Shown here: piece after piece, positions 25,997-39,274 of the stretch | How positions within the stretch are numbered: position 1 is the stretch's first letter | Layout of the letters: every line of letters starts with the position of its first letter | Assembly: GCA_002269645.1 (NCBI GenBank) | Contig: NIVC01000393.1 | Coordinates: 372,001-436,000 of the forward strand | Length of the DNA stretch: 64,000 nucleotides | Origin: Macrostomum lignano | Lineage: Eukaryota | Reading direction: 5' to 3' | Notes under the pieces: model-generated | What the model saw: only the letters and a program-made list of their open reading frames with translations | The model's database searches: none | Told to the model about the DNA's origin: nothing | Program-made: the position numbers and the translations under genes

Positions 25997-27217
25997 TCAA
26001 AGCTGAGTATAGTCCTTCTGGTCAGCAAGAAACCCGTGTCTGAGCAGTCTCTCAGCCGACCACCTGTCTTCGCGTGTCCATGCGGTGCACCTGCTGTAGA
26101 AGTCTCTCAGATCCTTGCTGATTGCGGTAATTTCTGGTAACCTAGGTGCGCCATGAACTTCACTTAGTCTCCTGGCCATAGCCAGCATGTTCTGGCAGTC
26201 GGTGTGCGGTCTGCCACCTGTCACCATCAGGTACACGGTGCAGCCGAACGCCCAGATGTCGGACTTGGCGCTGTACCGCGCCGGGTCCTGCTCATTTTCA
26301 GGCGCAAGCAGCTCCGGAGCCATGAAGTTGGCCGTGCCTTCGGATACGCAGAGATGGTGGAGTGGTGGCTGGCTGCCTCTTTCAGCTTCATCGACAGCCC
26401 AAAGTCGATCAGCTTGACCATCGGTCCATCAGTTTGCTGTTGTTGATGCGTACCACGCAGCACCATAATGTTCCAACCGTTGATGTCTCGGTGGATCACA
26501 GGAGGCTGGCGGGTGTGGATGTACTGCATGGCGCTGCAAATCTGCAGATGAGGTGAAGGAACGTGTAAGGTTTTATTTCTAAAGCATCTGACTAGAATCT
26601 ATTTAGTTTTTTACCTGTCCACAAATCGACCTCATCTGGGATTGGTCGCGCATTGGATTGCCTCCGATGAAGCTCTCCAGTGTGTCTCCATCCAGCAGCT
26701 CCATAAATAGACAGACCTTGAATTGATCTACTGTTTGCACAATACCCAGAAATTGTACTATGTTTTGGTGATTCAGATCACACAGATTCTGCTCTCCATC
26801 CACCGCCCGTCTGATGCCAGTTGTACAATCCTCGCAGTCATTAGCTCCAGCTTCCACTGGCAGTCTTATCACTTTGATGACGCATCTCTGCCAGTCAGCT
26901 GAGTTTAGTTGAACCGAACCTCTGAACACTGAGCCACCACCGCCTCGAGCCAGCAGTTTGTCTTTGCGCCATCGTATTTGACCACCGCAGTTTAGCGAGC
27001 CGTCCAAACTCAGTTGCGACTCCCATTGATTCATTGGTAGATCCCGTTCGATGATGGTGTCCTCATCTTCCATGAACTGGGATGCAGTGGACCTCAAACT
27101 CACAGAAGGCTTTCTAAGACGAATTGAAGAAGATGGCTGACTGGCTTCCGGCTGATTTGTGGTACCCTGTTGTTCCGCAGCCATGGGTGGGAACTGTTGC
27201 TGTAAGGATCCTGAAGC
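25997..27217 (-). pseudogene. MAP3K/STE-like Ser/Thr kinase (copy 1), one 1-bp frameshift
   Basis: Exons 27217-26615 and 26541-25997, with a possible further exon ending at 27475. Motifs: ARGGGGSVF, CVIK, HQNIVQFLG, HRDINGWNI, DFG, GTANFMAPE (needs +1 nt at ~26338), SDIWAFGC, RWSAERLL. The single lesion could be an assembly error. Confidence 0.85.
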
Positions 27218-29345
27218 CTGAAGCAGCACGTTTGGCTGCTGCTTTACGGCACGCTGTGACGCCAGCAGCGCATCGTGCCATTTTTTGAATTGAAACGGAT
27301 CCTTGGTGGTCAGTCGCAGTGATGAATTACCGGTGTTGATCTGTGATGGTAGCAGGGTAGATAAGACTTTTCCCCTCTCCTCTCGATCTCTCCTCTCCGC
27401 GCCCCTCTCCTCTCATCTCCCTTCTCTCCTCTCTTCTCACTCTGGCATATGGCGGCGCTGAATGCACAACTCACCTGCATGAAGCTTCTCTCTTCACTAT
27501 CGTGTGCCTCCACTACTGAGCACCCGTCACTTTGCAGCAACACGGAACAAATAGTCTTTTTTCTTGACGAGTCTGCTTAATAAATGACAGAGAGTGGGAA
27601 TTCATTCGATTCTAACTTAAGAATTCAGCGGTTTCTCAATCTATCAGATTCCATTATTGGATCCGCACTGAGGGCAGAATCCAGTTTCGCCAGGTTCGCA
27701 GGCGGAGGTAAGGTGCATGGGTGCCTTGATCAACCGCCCCTCCCATAGGGCCTACATGTACATGGGGCCTTAACTACAAGCGTACATGGAGTGTTGGGCG
27801 AGAGGCGTTGCAGGGTGAGGGGCAGGACGAGATGTTTTCAACCAATGGGAGTTGCGGTGATCGGACGCCCACCTCATCTCCAAAAAGGGCCCTTATCTGC
27901 GTTCTTAGTAGTCACGCACAAAATCGCTCAGATTTCGATGGAGGCCGGTGGTTGCTGCAAAATGCTTGAGCCAGATAGGAATTTTTCAGTTTTTCAACGC
28001 TAAAATCCCAATATCTCAATTTCTGCGCAATATCTCTGAATTTCAAATTAAGCAACTAGTATTGCGCCCCCTAAGATATGTTTGAGAGTTTTAAGATTTG
28101 TTTGAGACATTTATTTTTAGATGACGTCTTCTTCAATAGAAGAATTTAATCCGTAAAAACCCACGCTCGAAAAATTACTCTCGAGAGACGGTAAAACAGA
28201 AATTTCTACACAAAGTTTTGCTAGATTAGATTGTCTGTCTCCAGTAGCAATTTGTCCGGTCGCTTGAGTAGCTAACTGGTATAGTTGCACCTACCTACAC
28301 GAACACATGCTTGCTTCATTTGCAGCAGTTTATAGAGGTCATATTGTCAATCTAGTGCTCAGAAAACTCAAAACACTTTCTGTATTATTTCATGCAGCGA
28401 AACCGCGGCCTCCAGCAAACCTGGCACGAGTCGAGTCGATCGTGCTCGCAGCGTCCTTGTAGCTCGTACGTCAGTTGTCCATGACTATTTTGCCATTCCC
28501 CCATAGTGGAATCCGACAGAGAAACCGCAGCTCTGATATACTGATTTTTCGGACTATATAGAATAATTATTAAAAATACGTACCTTTAAAAATGATCAAT
28601 TCGTGGGATGCGTTCAAAACTGCGTATCGCTTTTTCCATTTGCGATTCCCCTGCAAGCAGAATGATAGAAAGCTGACATCTCTCTATCACACCCGAGTGA
28701 ACTGGTGATTAAACATTGCTATAATATTAAATATCCATAACTATGTTGAGTACAATTATCGAGGTATACTCTATACTCACCTGATAGAGCAGTACGTCAC
28801 CTTTCTTAATAACTTGCATTTTTACTTGATCTTTTTTTATGGCAAGCAGAGGCAACAAAAATTTGAAGCGATTTGCTTTTGATTTGAGTTTTCAATTTTT
28901 TAGTAGTTTTATATCCATTATTTATTTATATTTTAAGTTCTGACGCAAAATTTCTCTTTCCTCACCTAGCTATAGCTGCACATTCAGATGCTTTGAGATG
29001 CTCTTGAGATTTGCTACTTGTGTTGTGTGCAAATATTTGGAAAGAAAAGTTTCACACAAGCCGCGGTTGGTCTGGTTCGTCTGGTTGGCTTTTAATGAGT
29101 ACTGTATTTCATAGCGCACAGCTAACGCACACTATGGCAATTAGATGTTCTGTATCGTTAAACTGAATGTACTGTTGAGTATAGTCCATGAAAATTTGCA
29201 AACTATGACAGTGTGTGAATGTCTAACAGAAACGCATGCAAAATAACCATTAAAACGGATTGGTTAGGCGGCCGGATCTCATTATATGCACTGCTGCCTG
29301 TATTATTACTAAAGTTAAAATAAAAGGCGCTAAAATATATAGCAC

Positions 29346-30984
29346 CTGCGGCGCTCAAATGAGTGCCTGTGCGACGCTAAAATGAGTGCCTGTGCGACGC
29401 TAAAATGAGTGCCTGTGCGACGCTAAAATGAGTGCCTGTGCGGCGCAAAAATGAGTGCCTGTGCGGCGCTAAAATGAGTGCCTGTGCGGCGCTAAAACAA
29501 GTGCCTGTGCGGCGCTAAAATGAGTGCCTGTGCGGCGCTAAAACAAGTGCCTGCGCGGCGCTAAAATGAGTGCCTGTGCGGCGCTAAAACAAGTGCCTGT
29601 GCGGCGCTAAAATGAGTGCCTGTGCGGCGCTAAAACAAGTGCCTGTGCGGCGCTAAAATGAGTGCCTGTGCGGCGCTAAAACAAGTGCCTGCGCGGCGCT
29701 AAAATGAGTGCCTGTGCGGCGCTAAAACAAGTGCCTGTGCGGCGCTAAAATGAGTGCCTGTGCGGCGCTAAAACAAGTGCCTGCGCGGCGCTAAAATGAG
29801 TGCCTGTGCGGCGCTAAAATGAGTGCCTGTGCGGCGCTAAAATGAGTGCCTGTGCGGCGCTAAAACAAGTGCCTGTGCGGCGCTAAAACAAGTGCCTGCG
29901 CGGCGCTAAAATGAGTGCCTGTGCGGCGCTAAAACAAGTGCCTGCGCGGCGCTAAAATGAATGCCTGCGGCGCTAAAACAAGTGCCTGCGCGGCGCTAAA
30001 ATGAGTGCCTGCGCGGCGCTAAAACAAGTGCCTGTGCGGCGCTAAAATGAGTGCCTGTGCGGCGCTAAAATGAGTGCCTGTGCGGCGCTAAAACAAGTGC
30101 CTGTGCGGCGCTAAAACAAGTGCCTGCGCGGCGCTAAAATGAGTGCCTGTGCGGCGCTAAAACAAGTGCCTGCGCGGCGCTAAAATGAGTGCCTGTGCGG
30201 CGCTAAAACAAGTGCCTGTGCGGCGCTAAAATGAGTGCCTGTGCGGCGCTAAAATGAGTGCCTGTGCGGCGCTAAAACAAGTGCCTGCGCGGCGCTAAAA
30301 TGAGTGCCTGTGCGGCGCTAAAATGAGTGCCTGTGCGGCGCTAAAATGAGTGCCTGTGCGGCGCTAAAACAAGTGCCTGTGCGGCGCTAAAACAAGTGCC
30401 TGCGCGGCGCTAAAACAAGTGCCTGCGCGGCGCTAAAATGAGTGCCTGTGCGGCGCTAAAATGAGTGCCTGTGCGGCGCTAAAATGAGTGCCTGTGCGGC
30501 GCTAAAACAAGTGCCTGCGCGGCGCTAAAATGAGTGCCTGTGCGGCGCTAAAATGAGTGCCTGTGCGGCGCTAAAATGAGTGCCTGTGCGGCGCTAAAAC
30601 AAGTGCCTGTGCGGCGCTAAAACAAGTGCCTGCGCGGCGCTAAAATGAGTGCCTGTGCGGCGCTAAAACAAGTGCCTGCGCGGCGCTAAAATGAATGCCT
30701 GCGGCGCTGAAATGAGTGCCTGCGCGGCGCTAAAATGAGTGCCTGCGGCGCTGAAATGAATGCCTGGCGCTAAAATGAGTGCCTGCGGCGCTGAAATGAA
30801 TGCCTGGCGCTAAAATGAGTGCCTGCGGCGCTGAAATGAATGCCTGGCGCTAAAATGAGTGCCTGCGGCGCTGAAATGAATGCCTGGCGCTAAAATGAGT
30901 GCCTGCGGCGCTGAAATGAATGCCTGGCGCTAAAATGAGTGCCTGCAGCGTTAAAATGAGTGCCTGCGGCGTTAAAATGAGTGC
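29346..30984. repeat. 23-bp satellite (GCGGCGCTAAAATGAGTGCCTGT)n, ~70 units, ATGAG/ACAAG variants
   Basis: Contiguous tandem units with no spacers. Shorter 19-21-bp variants occur at the 3' end. Confidence 0.97.
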
Positions 30985-32798
30985 TGGAAACAGCCGACTC
31001 TCAAAATAATGTTGATTTAGGAATTCAGTCATTTACATGTAAAATTTTTTGCTTTGTAAATATTTTATTTATGGTTTCGATAGTTAATGTATTAGTTACT
31101 AACTTTCAATTTAATTTAATGCACTAAAATTGATTGGAAGACAATTGGAGGGAAGAATAAAATACTGTTAAAATTAGAGCGCATGATCTGTACGTCTGGC
31201 TGAAGAACTTTACATGCATGCACTCGGCTGGAATTCGCAGTTTATCGCATGAATTCACAGCAATTGGCTGTTCGAAGTTCCAGGGGGAATATCGATCACT
31301 TTATAGTGCGAGATGTGCATGCATGTGCATGTAGTTTAGGAGAAAGAATAGTTTAGGAGATTGATGTAGATCGAGAGTTGTTCAGCAGTTCTCTGTCAGC
31401 GGCCGGAAGAACGTCTAGGTTGAGTTTTGATGCACAAAACACTGAGCATGATCGCACGAGCCTGAAATGAGCCTGAGGTAACTTGACTCAGCCTTAGTCA
31501 GTTTTTGGGAAAATTCTGCAAGGGAACTCGAAGGTTCGAGGCTTCCCTGTAGACATGTGACGACGGCTGGGGTCTCTGCATGCTTTGATATGGGCAATAG
31601 GTCAATTAAGTATCGCGTGTACACGTGACGATCGAGTGACAGATGCGACTGTCACCTGTCCTTGAACCGTGCTGCCAAGCAAACCGAGGGTCGTCTATAG
31701 TAGCGCCAGTCCTACTCCTGATTGGCCAATGCACGCCTCCGCACTTATTTGCACGATTCCAAAGGAATTGCCGAGAGTAGGGCATCTAACATTTGTGTAA
31801 CAGCACCGCGGGGCCCTGGATTCCGACTGTCAAAATACCAAGAGGGCACAAGAATGGAGAACATTTAGGGTTGAGAAGCGAAGTCAAGAAAATATTAAGG
31901 CCTACTGTTGCATAAGTTGTTCTATTTCTCAAATATTTTCTGCTTCAAAACTAAAAGTAGGAAAGAATTTAAGCAAATCCATTTACTGTTGCCTAACCAA
32001 AGTACTTTGTGAAGAAAACAATTTAGAAAATTTTCAAATCTGCCAGAACTGATCAGACAAAATCCAGCAGAGAAATTTGAAAACCTAATGGTTCAAGTCT
32101 TGTTTGTGATACCAAGTAGCAATTTTACTTTCCTCTCTTTACTTAATTTGTATCTTTTGAAAATCATAAAATGTTTTTATGTACCACAGAGCTAAAAAAT
32201 GCTTGTGAAAACTCGTAAGATCTTACAAGGCGAAGCAGACAGCAGATCTGGTAAGAAATTTAGGTAAGAACAGATGTCAAGAATGAGTGAACAGATTGTC
32301 AACTAGGGTCTTGGTGGGCGCCCCCGTTTCTCTTGGTGTGCACCCCTGCTCCTGTCTTAGAGAAGAGCAATTTGGGTGCGATTGTGTGGAGGTCACACAA
32401 TTACACAATGTCACCCTCCTGCCCCTCCTCTGCGTACGCCACCAACGTCGTATAGACGTACATGCAGTGTACGCGGTGGTAGAGAAGATTTTGCAGCCCT
32501 CAACTAACACAGCCATGACACGTCACAGGCTGGTCTGCCTGGGACAGACGTTCATAGACAGAAGAATACTCAGAAAGGTATTATTCACGCAGAACACCGT
32601 ACAGACACTTTCGTGTACAACTCACACAAAAGTATATATTCGTAAATTAGACAGATTAAGAGAACGTTTTTTTCTGTCACCATAAAACCTGCTAGCAGAC
32701 CTTGGGCTGTCATCTGCAATTGTTAGATAGCACCAGTTAGTTAGTTAGAGCAGAAAAGCAAAGCTTACACACTGCTACCACAGATTGCAGCTGACAGA

Positions 32799-34447
32799 AT
32801 GGCAGTTTCAACTAGCTTAGTGTTAACCGGCGGTGCCGCAGCTCTGGGACTGTACTGGTACGGCCGGAAGCGGCTGGAGGACGCCAGGGAGCCTCCATCG
32901 GTTGGTCGCTACCCTCTGGTTGGCAGCATGCGCCACATCCGCGAGCCGCTGTACCTCTGGCTGTACGAGAACTTCGGCTCGGAGCCCGTCGTTCGGGTGC
33001 ACTTCGGCACCCAGTGTGTCTACGTGTTCAACAAGTGGTCCGCATTCAAGGAGGCCATGGTGGACAACGCCGATCAGCTGTCGGGACGTCTGAGCCAGAA
33101 ACTCACCGCTCGTCTGTTTGGCGACGTCGGCGGCATTGTGGCCTCCGACGGTGAAGTGTGGCGCGACTACCGGCGCTTCACATTGAAGACACTGCGCGAC
33201 TTCGGCTTCGGCCGACGCGGCGCCGAGGAAATCATCGCCGTTGAGGCGGAGCACCTGCGACAGACGCTCGACGAAGCGGCTGGGAAGCCGGTGGAAACTT
33301 CGGTTCTGTTGAGCACGGCGACCAGCAACATCATCTGCCAGCTGGTGTTCGGCTCTCGGCTGGCCTCGGAGGACGAGAAGTTCGAAGAAATCCTCGAACT
33401 GTTCCGCAAGATTACGCACAACGAAGACTCGAACTCGACTAACGCGATGTTTATGACGATGATTCCGCTGATCGAGAATCTCCCTTTCATTGCCGATCTG
33501 TTTTTCAAAACGCCGGCTTCCAAGGCTGCCATTGATGACTTTTTGAAACTGCTGAACTACTGCAACGGACAGCGGGACAAGCACATCGCCGAGATGGAGG
33601 GCGTCGATACAGCCAGGTAAGCTTCTGGAGGGATTTTTCAGTTGGTAACATGTCTTTCTGTGAGGTACATGTCTTACAGTGAGGTACATGTCTTACAGTG
33701 AGGTACATGTCTTTCAGTGAGGTACATGTCTTACAGTGAGGTACATGTCTTTCAGTGAGGTACATGTCTTTCAGTGAGGTACATGTCTTACAGTGAGGTA
33801 CATGTCTTACAGTGAGGTAGATATCTGGCAGTGACGTACATCTGACAATGAGGTACACGCCTGATAATGAGATACATCTGACAGAGATGCAGGGTCAGTA
33901 ACAGGGCATATAAACATGCACATGCTCCCTAATTGTGGCACATACTCGTAACACAGTGTATCTGACTCAGGATTATCAGGAAGTATCATACTTTGGTTAC
34001 ATTTACTTTCATGTACATATTTACCTGTACTTGTACTTCTCCCCTGTGACAAAAACGCTACGACACAGAGACTACATCGAGGCGCACCTGTTGTACCAGC
34101 GCGACCAGCCCGAGATGTTCAACGACACGCGTCTGACCATGGCTGTCAGCGACCTGTTCATCGCTGGCACCGACACCACTGCCAACACGCTGCGCTGGGC
34201 GATTCTCTACATGATTGACAACCCGGACGTCTGCGAGAAAGTGCACGAGGAGGTGGTGAAGGCCATTGGAAACGACCGGCTGCCCACTATGCAGGACAAA
34301 GCGAGACTGCCGTACACTCAGGTTGGGTTTAATTAACTCGATGTAGAGGCGATATTATCCGTACAATACCGGTATATTTTATCCAGTGGATGACTGCGTT
34401 TAACTACATGTAATTTCCTTTTGTTAAATGGCAGGTGACGTCTGTGT

Positions 34448-34515
<68 letters not shown>

Positions 34516-35530
34516 TATATTTAATATTTTGACAAGGTGATGTCGGTTGGCAGATATGGTATGCCCTTAAATATGCAATGTCGGGTCAGTAAGTCAAAAA
34601 GTCGATGTCTTTGACCAAAGTCTATATACGAGCTACCACTACTTAATTGTCCGTGACCACGTCCTCTAAGCAATGTCCTCGTTTCAGTTTATGTTCTCTA
34701 AGCAGACAATGTCCTCGTTTCAGATGATGTTCTCAGGCAATGCCCTTATTTCAGATGATGTTCTATAAGCATTGTCCTCGTTTCAGATGATGTTCTCTAA
34801 GCAGGCAATGTCCTCGTTTCAGATGATGTTCTCAGGCAATGCCCTTATTTCAGATTATGTTCTATAAGCATTGTCCTCGTTTCTCTAAGCAGGCAATGTT
34901 CTCGTTTCAGATGATGTTCTCAGGCAATGCCCTTATTTCAGATGATGTTCTATAAGCATTGTCCTCGTTTCAGATGTTGTTCTCTAGGCAGGCAATGTCC
35001 TCGTTTCAGATGACGTTCTCTAAGCATAGTCAATGTCCTCTTTAAACAATGTCCTTTAATTTATTTTCAAGGCCGTGATCGAAGAAGTCCACCGCAAAGC
35101 CAGCCTCATCCCAATGGGAGTTTTCCACCGAGTTGTGGACGAAGTCACTCTGGCCAACAATGGCGGCTGGAAGCTTCAACCAGACAGCGTCTGCACCTTC
35201 AACACGTACGCCATCCACCACGACCCGGAGGTGTTCCCGCAGCCGGAGAAGTTTCTGCCGGAGCGGCACCTGAAGGAGGACGGGCAGTTCGCGGCCAGCC
35301 CGCACCTGTCCACCTTCGGCCTGGGCAAGAGGGCCTGCCTTGGCGAGAGTCTGGCCCGCATGGAGCTGCTGGTGTTCTTCGTGACCCTCGTGCAGCGCTA
35401 CAGCTTCAGCCTGGACCCCGAGGACAGCCGAACAATGTGGCAGCTCACAGAGGATCCGAGCTTCTCCAAGGGCACCGTGCTGAGGTCCCCGCCGCTGCAC
35501 AAAATCGTGTTCAAAGCTAGAAACATTTAG
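32799..35530 (+). CDS. Cytochrome P450, CYP2 clan; exons 32799-33616, 34069-34321, 35072-35530; 509 aa
   Basis: N-terminal membrane anchor and PP hinge, WRDYRRF C-helix, LRDFGFG, I-helix AGTDTT, EEVHR (ExxR), PERH and heme motif FGLGKRACLG. GT-AG junctions keep the frame (818+253+459=1530 nt). Confidence 0.95.
33655..33820. repeat. 19-bp minisatellite in CYP intron 1
   Basis: (GAGGTACATGTCTTACAGT)n, ~8-9 units. Confidence 0.9.
34451..34514. repeat. (TG)n microsatellite in CYP intron 2
   Basis: Pure TG run of ~32 units. Confidence 0.97.
34668..35040. repeat. ~30-35-bp degenerate minisatellite in CYP intron 2
   Basis: Recurrent GCAATGTCCTCGTTTCAGATGATGTTCTC units. Confidence 0.85.
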
Positions 35531-37089
35531 CCAGGGATCATAAACTGTTCTCATAAATTGCACGTGGAAGAATGGAAGCATGGACGAAGACAGATTTTTG
35601 TGAAAATTTTAAATTGAAATTTTTGTTTAAATCTACCACAAATTTAGTAGCTTTAGTGTATCTCCCCACCCCTCAAGCTATAGGTCTCTGATTCTGTACG
35701 CATGCATTGTACACATGCGTGATATAGTAGTGCTCATATACCTTTTGATACTTTTTTGCAGTAAAACTGTTACGTAAAACAAAAAATACGTTAATTTTTT
35801 AATCTTCATTCCCTCCTTTTGCAGGACGCACTTTTTGTATTTTTTCAGGATAAAGCACTATAGGAAAGATACTTTGTACTAGCAGCAGACAGACTTCTGA
35901 CAGACTGTAGAAATATTTTTTCAAACTTTTAATATACATAAAAAATATTATTTACTGCAAAAGTATACATCATTTTCGAAATAAACATTCCTCTGGAACT
36001 CATGATATTCGGATATGACCGAACAGCCAGCTGTGTGAGCTGGAGCTGCAAGCGATTCCTACTGAATTATTAATTAGATTGGAATCGGGACTTTGCTGCA
36101 ATCATACAAATATTGTTAAGCTACTACAGTAGTATACGAATATAAAGCATATATTTTTAGTCTACGACGCAATTGTTCAGCAAGCAATCTTCGGCAATCA
36201 AGCTTCCTTGGATGCATTAATCGCGCTGAAAATTCATCAAAATGTAAAAATCTTCTGGAACATTTTTTCATACAAATGTCAACTCCAAATTTTAAGCGAA
36301 TTTTACGTGTTACAAGCAAAGGGGTAAAAGCAGAGTGGAAAGAGGCAACGGCGAGCACACAACATAAAGAAAATACATTTTAGCCAAGCGAGCCAACACT
36401 GAGGAGCAGAACACGCGAACAAAAGGGCAAGCGCGACCCAACCCCCACCACCCACGCCACGCACAACGCACACGTACCGCACTCCCCAACCCCACCCAGC
36501 GGGCAGAGGCACAGGCCCCGGTCAACTAAAACCGATTGCAGAGCCAGTAAAACCGGCCCTGAAATCGCAGTAGTCAGCTTTTCGAAATTAGAGTTGCAAG
36601 GACAACTAAAGCAACGAACAGGACGCGACACTCACGTTCATGGGAAAGAGTTTTGAAGGCCACTTTAGATAAATGGCTAATCGAAGCCTTCGAAGAGTTA
36701 GAAATGGAGTTTAAGGCACGTAACTAATTTTAGATATAGTGAGGCATAAATTGTTGAAAAAAACGTGTTGCCCTAAGAAAAAAAAATTTAAAAAAGTTAA
36801 GTTAAGCCAAAGCCGCGAAGGCTATTTTATCTTAAGGCGGAATAAATTTCGACAGTCCCAGCGTAAAAAAAGACATTTCCACGCGCATCCATTCAACAGT
36901 GGCATTTGTTTGGAAAAGTGGCCTTCAAAACATTTTCATAGATTTCGAGTGTTGCGTCCTTCTACTTTAGTAGTTCCAAGGACCACTGGACTATCTAGTC
37001 TAGTAGTCCTTGAGTAGTTCATGTAGAGTTGGAGTTGGAGTTGAGAGTCGAAAAACGGGTCATTGTAAATGTAATTTAGTGTACGGAAG

Positions 37090-37395
37090 CAGGCGCGTCG
37101 CTATGGATTTTATGGTAGGGACAAAGCCAACAATTATGCATTTACATGTACATGACTAAATTCCTACATGTACATTAGCTCGTATTTTCAGAATCGGTGT
37201 AGTCGTCAGCACTCATTTTGGCGCCGCAGGCACTCATTTCAGGGCCGCAAGCGCTGTTTTGTCGCACTGCAGCAAAATTATTGATTTCCATAACGGGTCA
37301 TAAGGTATGGGGTAGAGGGGACAAAGAATGGGCATGTCCACCCCCAGATCTTTTAATGGGGGGGAGGACATGTCCCCCCCGTGGCGACGCCCCTG
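37090..37395. mobile_element. hAT-type MITE (306 bp)
   Basis: TIR CAGGCGCGTCGC / GCGACGCCCCTG. Perfect 8-bp TSD TACGGAAG at 37082-37089 and 37396-37403. Confidence 0.88.
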
Positions 37396-38094
37396 TACGG
37401 AAGTGTTTGAACTTACCGTTTATTTTAAACCGAAGATCAATAGCTACGATATAGATGCATAAATGTTTCTGAAAACTTAAAATAGTTTATAAACAGTTTT
37501 TTTATTTTATCATCTGATAATTTAGTTTTAGACATAAATGGTTAGCCTTGCCTTTGTTGGCTATGAGATTTTGTTTATCTTTAACAAATCTGAAGTTGTG
37601 TGTTGCGTGTTATTTTTAAATGCGTTCATGATCATGATCAGTGCTAAGTTGAATGCATGCATGCTCACAGAGTCACAGCCCTGTCAGGAGCTAGCATTCC
37701 TGTAATTAATTAATATAGGTTACGGGACTCCCCATTCTCTCCTACGGTATAGGAATTTATATAAGTTATTTAGTTAGACCTCACCTTAGTAAATTTTCTA
37801 AAAGTTTTAGCTTCCTTGACCTTAGCTTGCCCTATGGGCTATGGCCTTGCATTGTTAAGGTCTATCCTAAGGCCTAAGCATGAAAATATCAATCAAATAG
37901 AAAATACATTAATATACATGTAATATAAAATTATGTCTATTCTTAATTATTCTTAGATCTTAGATCATTTTAATTTATTTAGAATAAAATAGGCCTAGGC
38001 ATATAAAAAATTATATTTATACATCAAGTTAGGGGTCTATGTAAACACTGCAATGGACTGCAACAGACCAAAATCTGAGTAATAATAGACTGGA

Positions 38095-38600
38095 CTAGCA
38101 ATCTAGTGCCCCCCTTCGCGGCTTCGGGGTGCGTAGTAAGCAAGGAGCAAAATTATTCATTGGAAAGCAATTAAAAAGCACATTTTCTTAACTTAAGAAC
38201 CAATCCCTTCTTCAGTTTTTTAAATCACCTTATTCAAGTAAAATTGTCACAGACAAAGATGTTTGCTATGAATCTTTTCCATATACTAAAAAAAGAATTG
38301 TTTTTTTAAATAAAGAGAAAGACAATTCAAAATATAGTTTTTCACAAAGGTAACAAAGATTCCTCCTATATAGAAAATGTTCCTAAGACAGCAAGCATCC
38401 CCCTAGATAGCAAGCATCCTGCAGATAGCAAGCATCTTGCAGATAGCAAGCATCTTACAGATAGGCCCTAACAAGCTTCCTGCAGATAGCAAGCTTCTTG
38501 CAAATAGCAACCTACAGATAATAAGAATCTTGTAAATAGCAAGCATCTCCCCAGATAGTAAGCATCCCCCTAGATAGCAAGTATCCTGTAGATAGCAAGT
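38095..38600 (-). mobile_element. Putative Helitron 3' end plus 18-bp internal repeat (AGATAGCAAGCATCCTGC)
   Basis: Minus strand reads CCCC..GGGG hairpin then CTAG|T at 38098-38095. The 18-bp repeat at 38385-38600 is related to the array at 58500-59030. Confidence 0.45.
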
Positions 38601-39274
38601 AGCTAATGTAAGTATTTCCTCTGCGAATGCATTAATTGCTTTCTCAGGTTGTGCAATAGGGCCTAGGCTAGGCAAAGCTATGTTGCACTAATATAGTAGT
38701 CGTAGAGTAGGAGTTTACTTACTATATTTAATATATATTGAGAAATATTTTTGTGGCACATGACCAAGATGGCCATAGCTTTAAATGTCTAAATAGATAA
38801 TAATAAGGCTAAGTCTATATATTTCACTCATTTCTAATTGGTAGGCCTAGTAATTAAATAATTCTTGAATAATGCATAAGAAATTAAAAGAATAATTAGC
38901 ATATATTCATTAATTCTTAAAATTCATGCCAACTTCTGCTAGCAAAGTTGTGTAGCATATATGCCAAGGACCTTGGTGTGCACTATAAATGTGCACCAAG
39001 TATGCTAAGCATAGGATAGGAATCTGGGTTTTTTAGGCCATACGGTAGCCACCAGCTACCCAAAAAAGCCATTGACAACTGGATTTGTGGCATCAGAAGC
39101 CAATCTGGCAACCAACTTGAACCAAGGCAGTTGCCAATGATAAAACAGTCTGTCACATTTTTTTACTGCTAAGATTGGCTTGGCTGAAAACCTGAAGCTT
39201 GAGCTGATTCGAGCATATTATTTAAAATAAGCAGCACCATATTTTTTTTCTATGCACAGAGACTGGGACACTTA

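Noticed and set aside
29346-30984. CRISPR-like appearance of the 23-bp (and 20-bp) arrays
   Set aside because: Units are contiguous with no unique spacers, there are no cas genes, and the context is eukaryotic.
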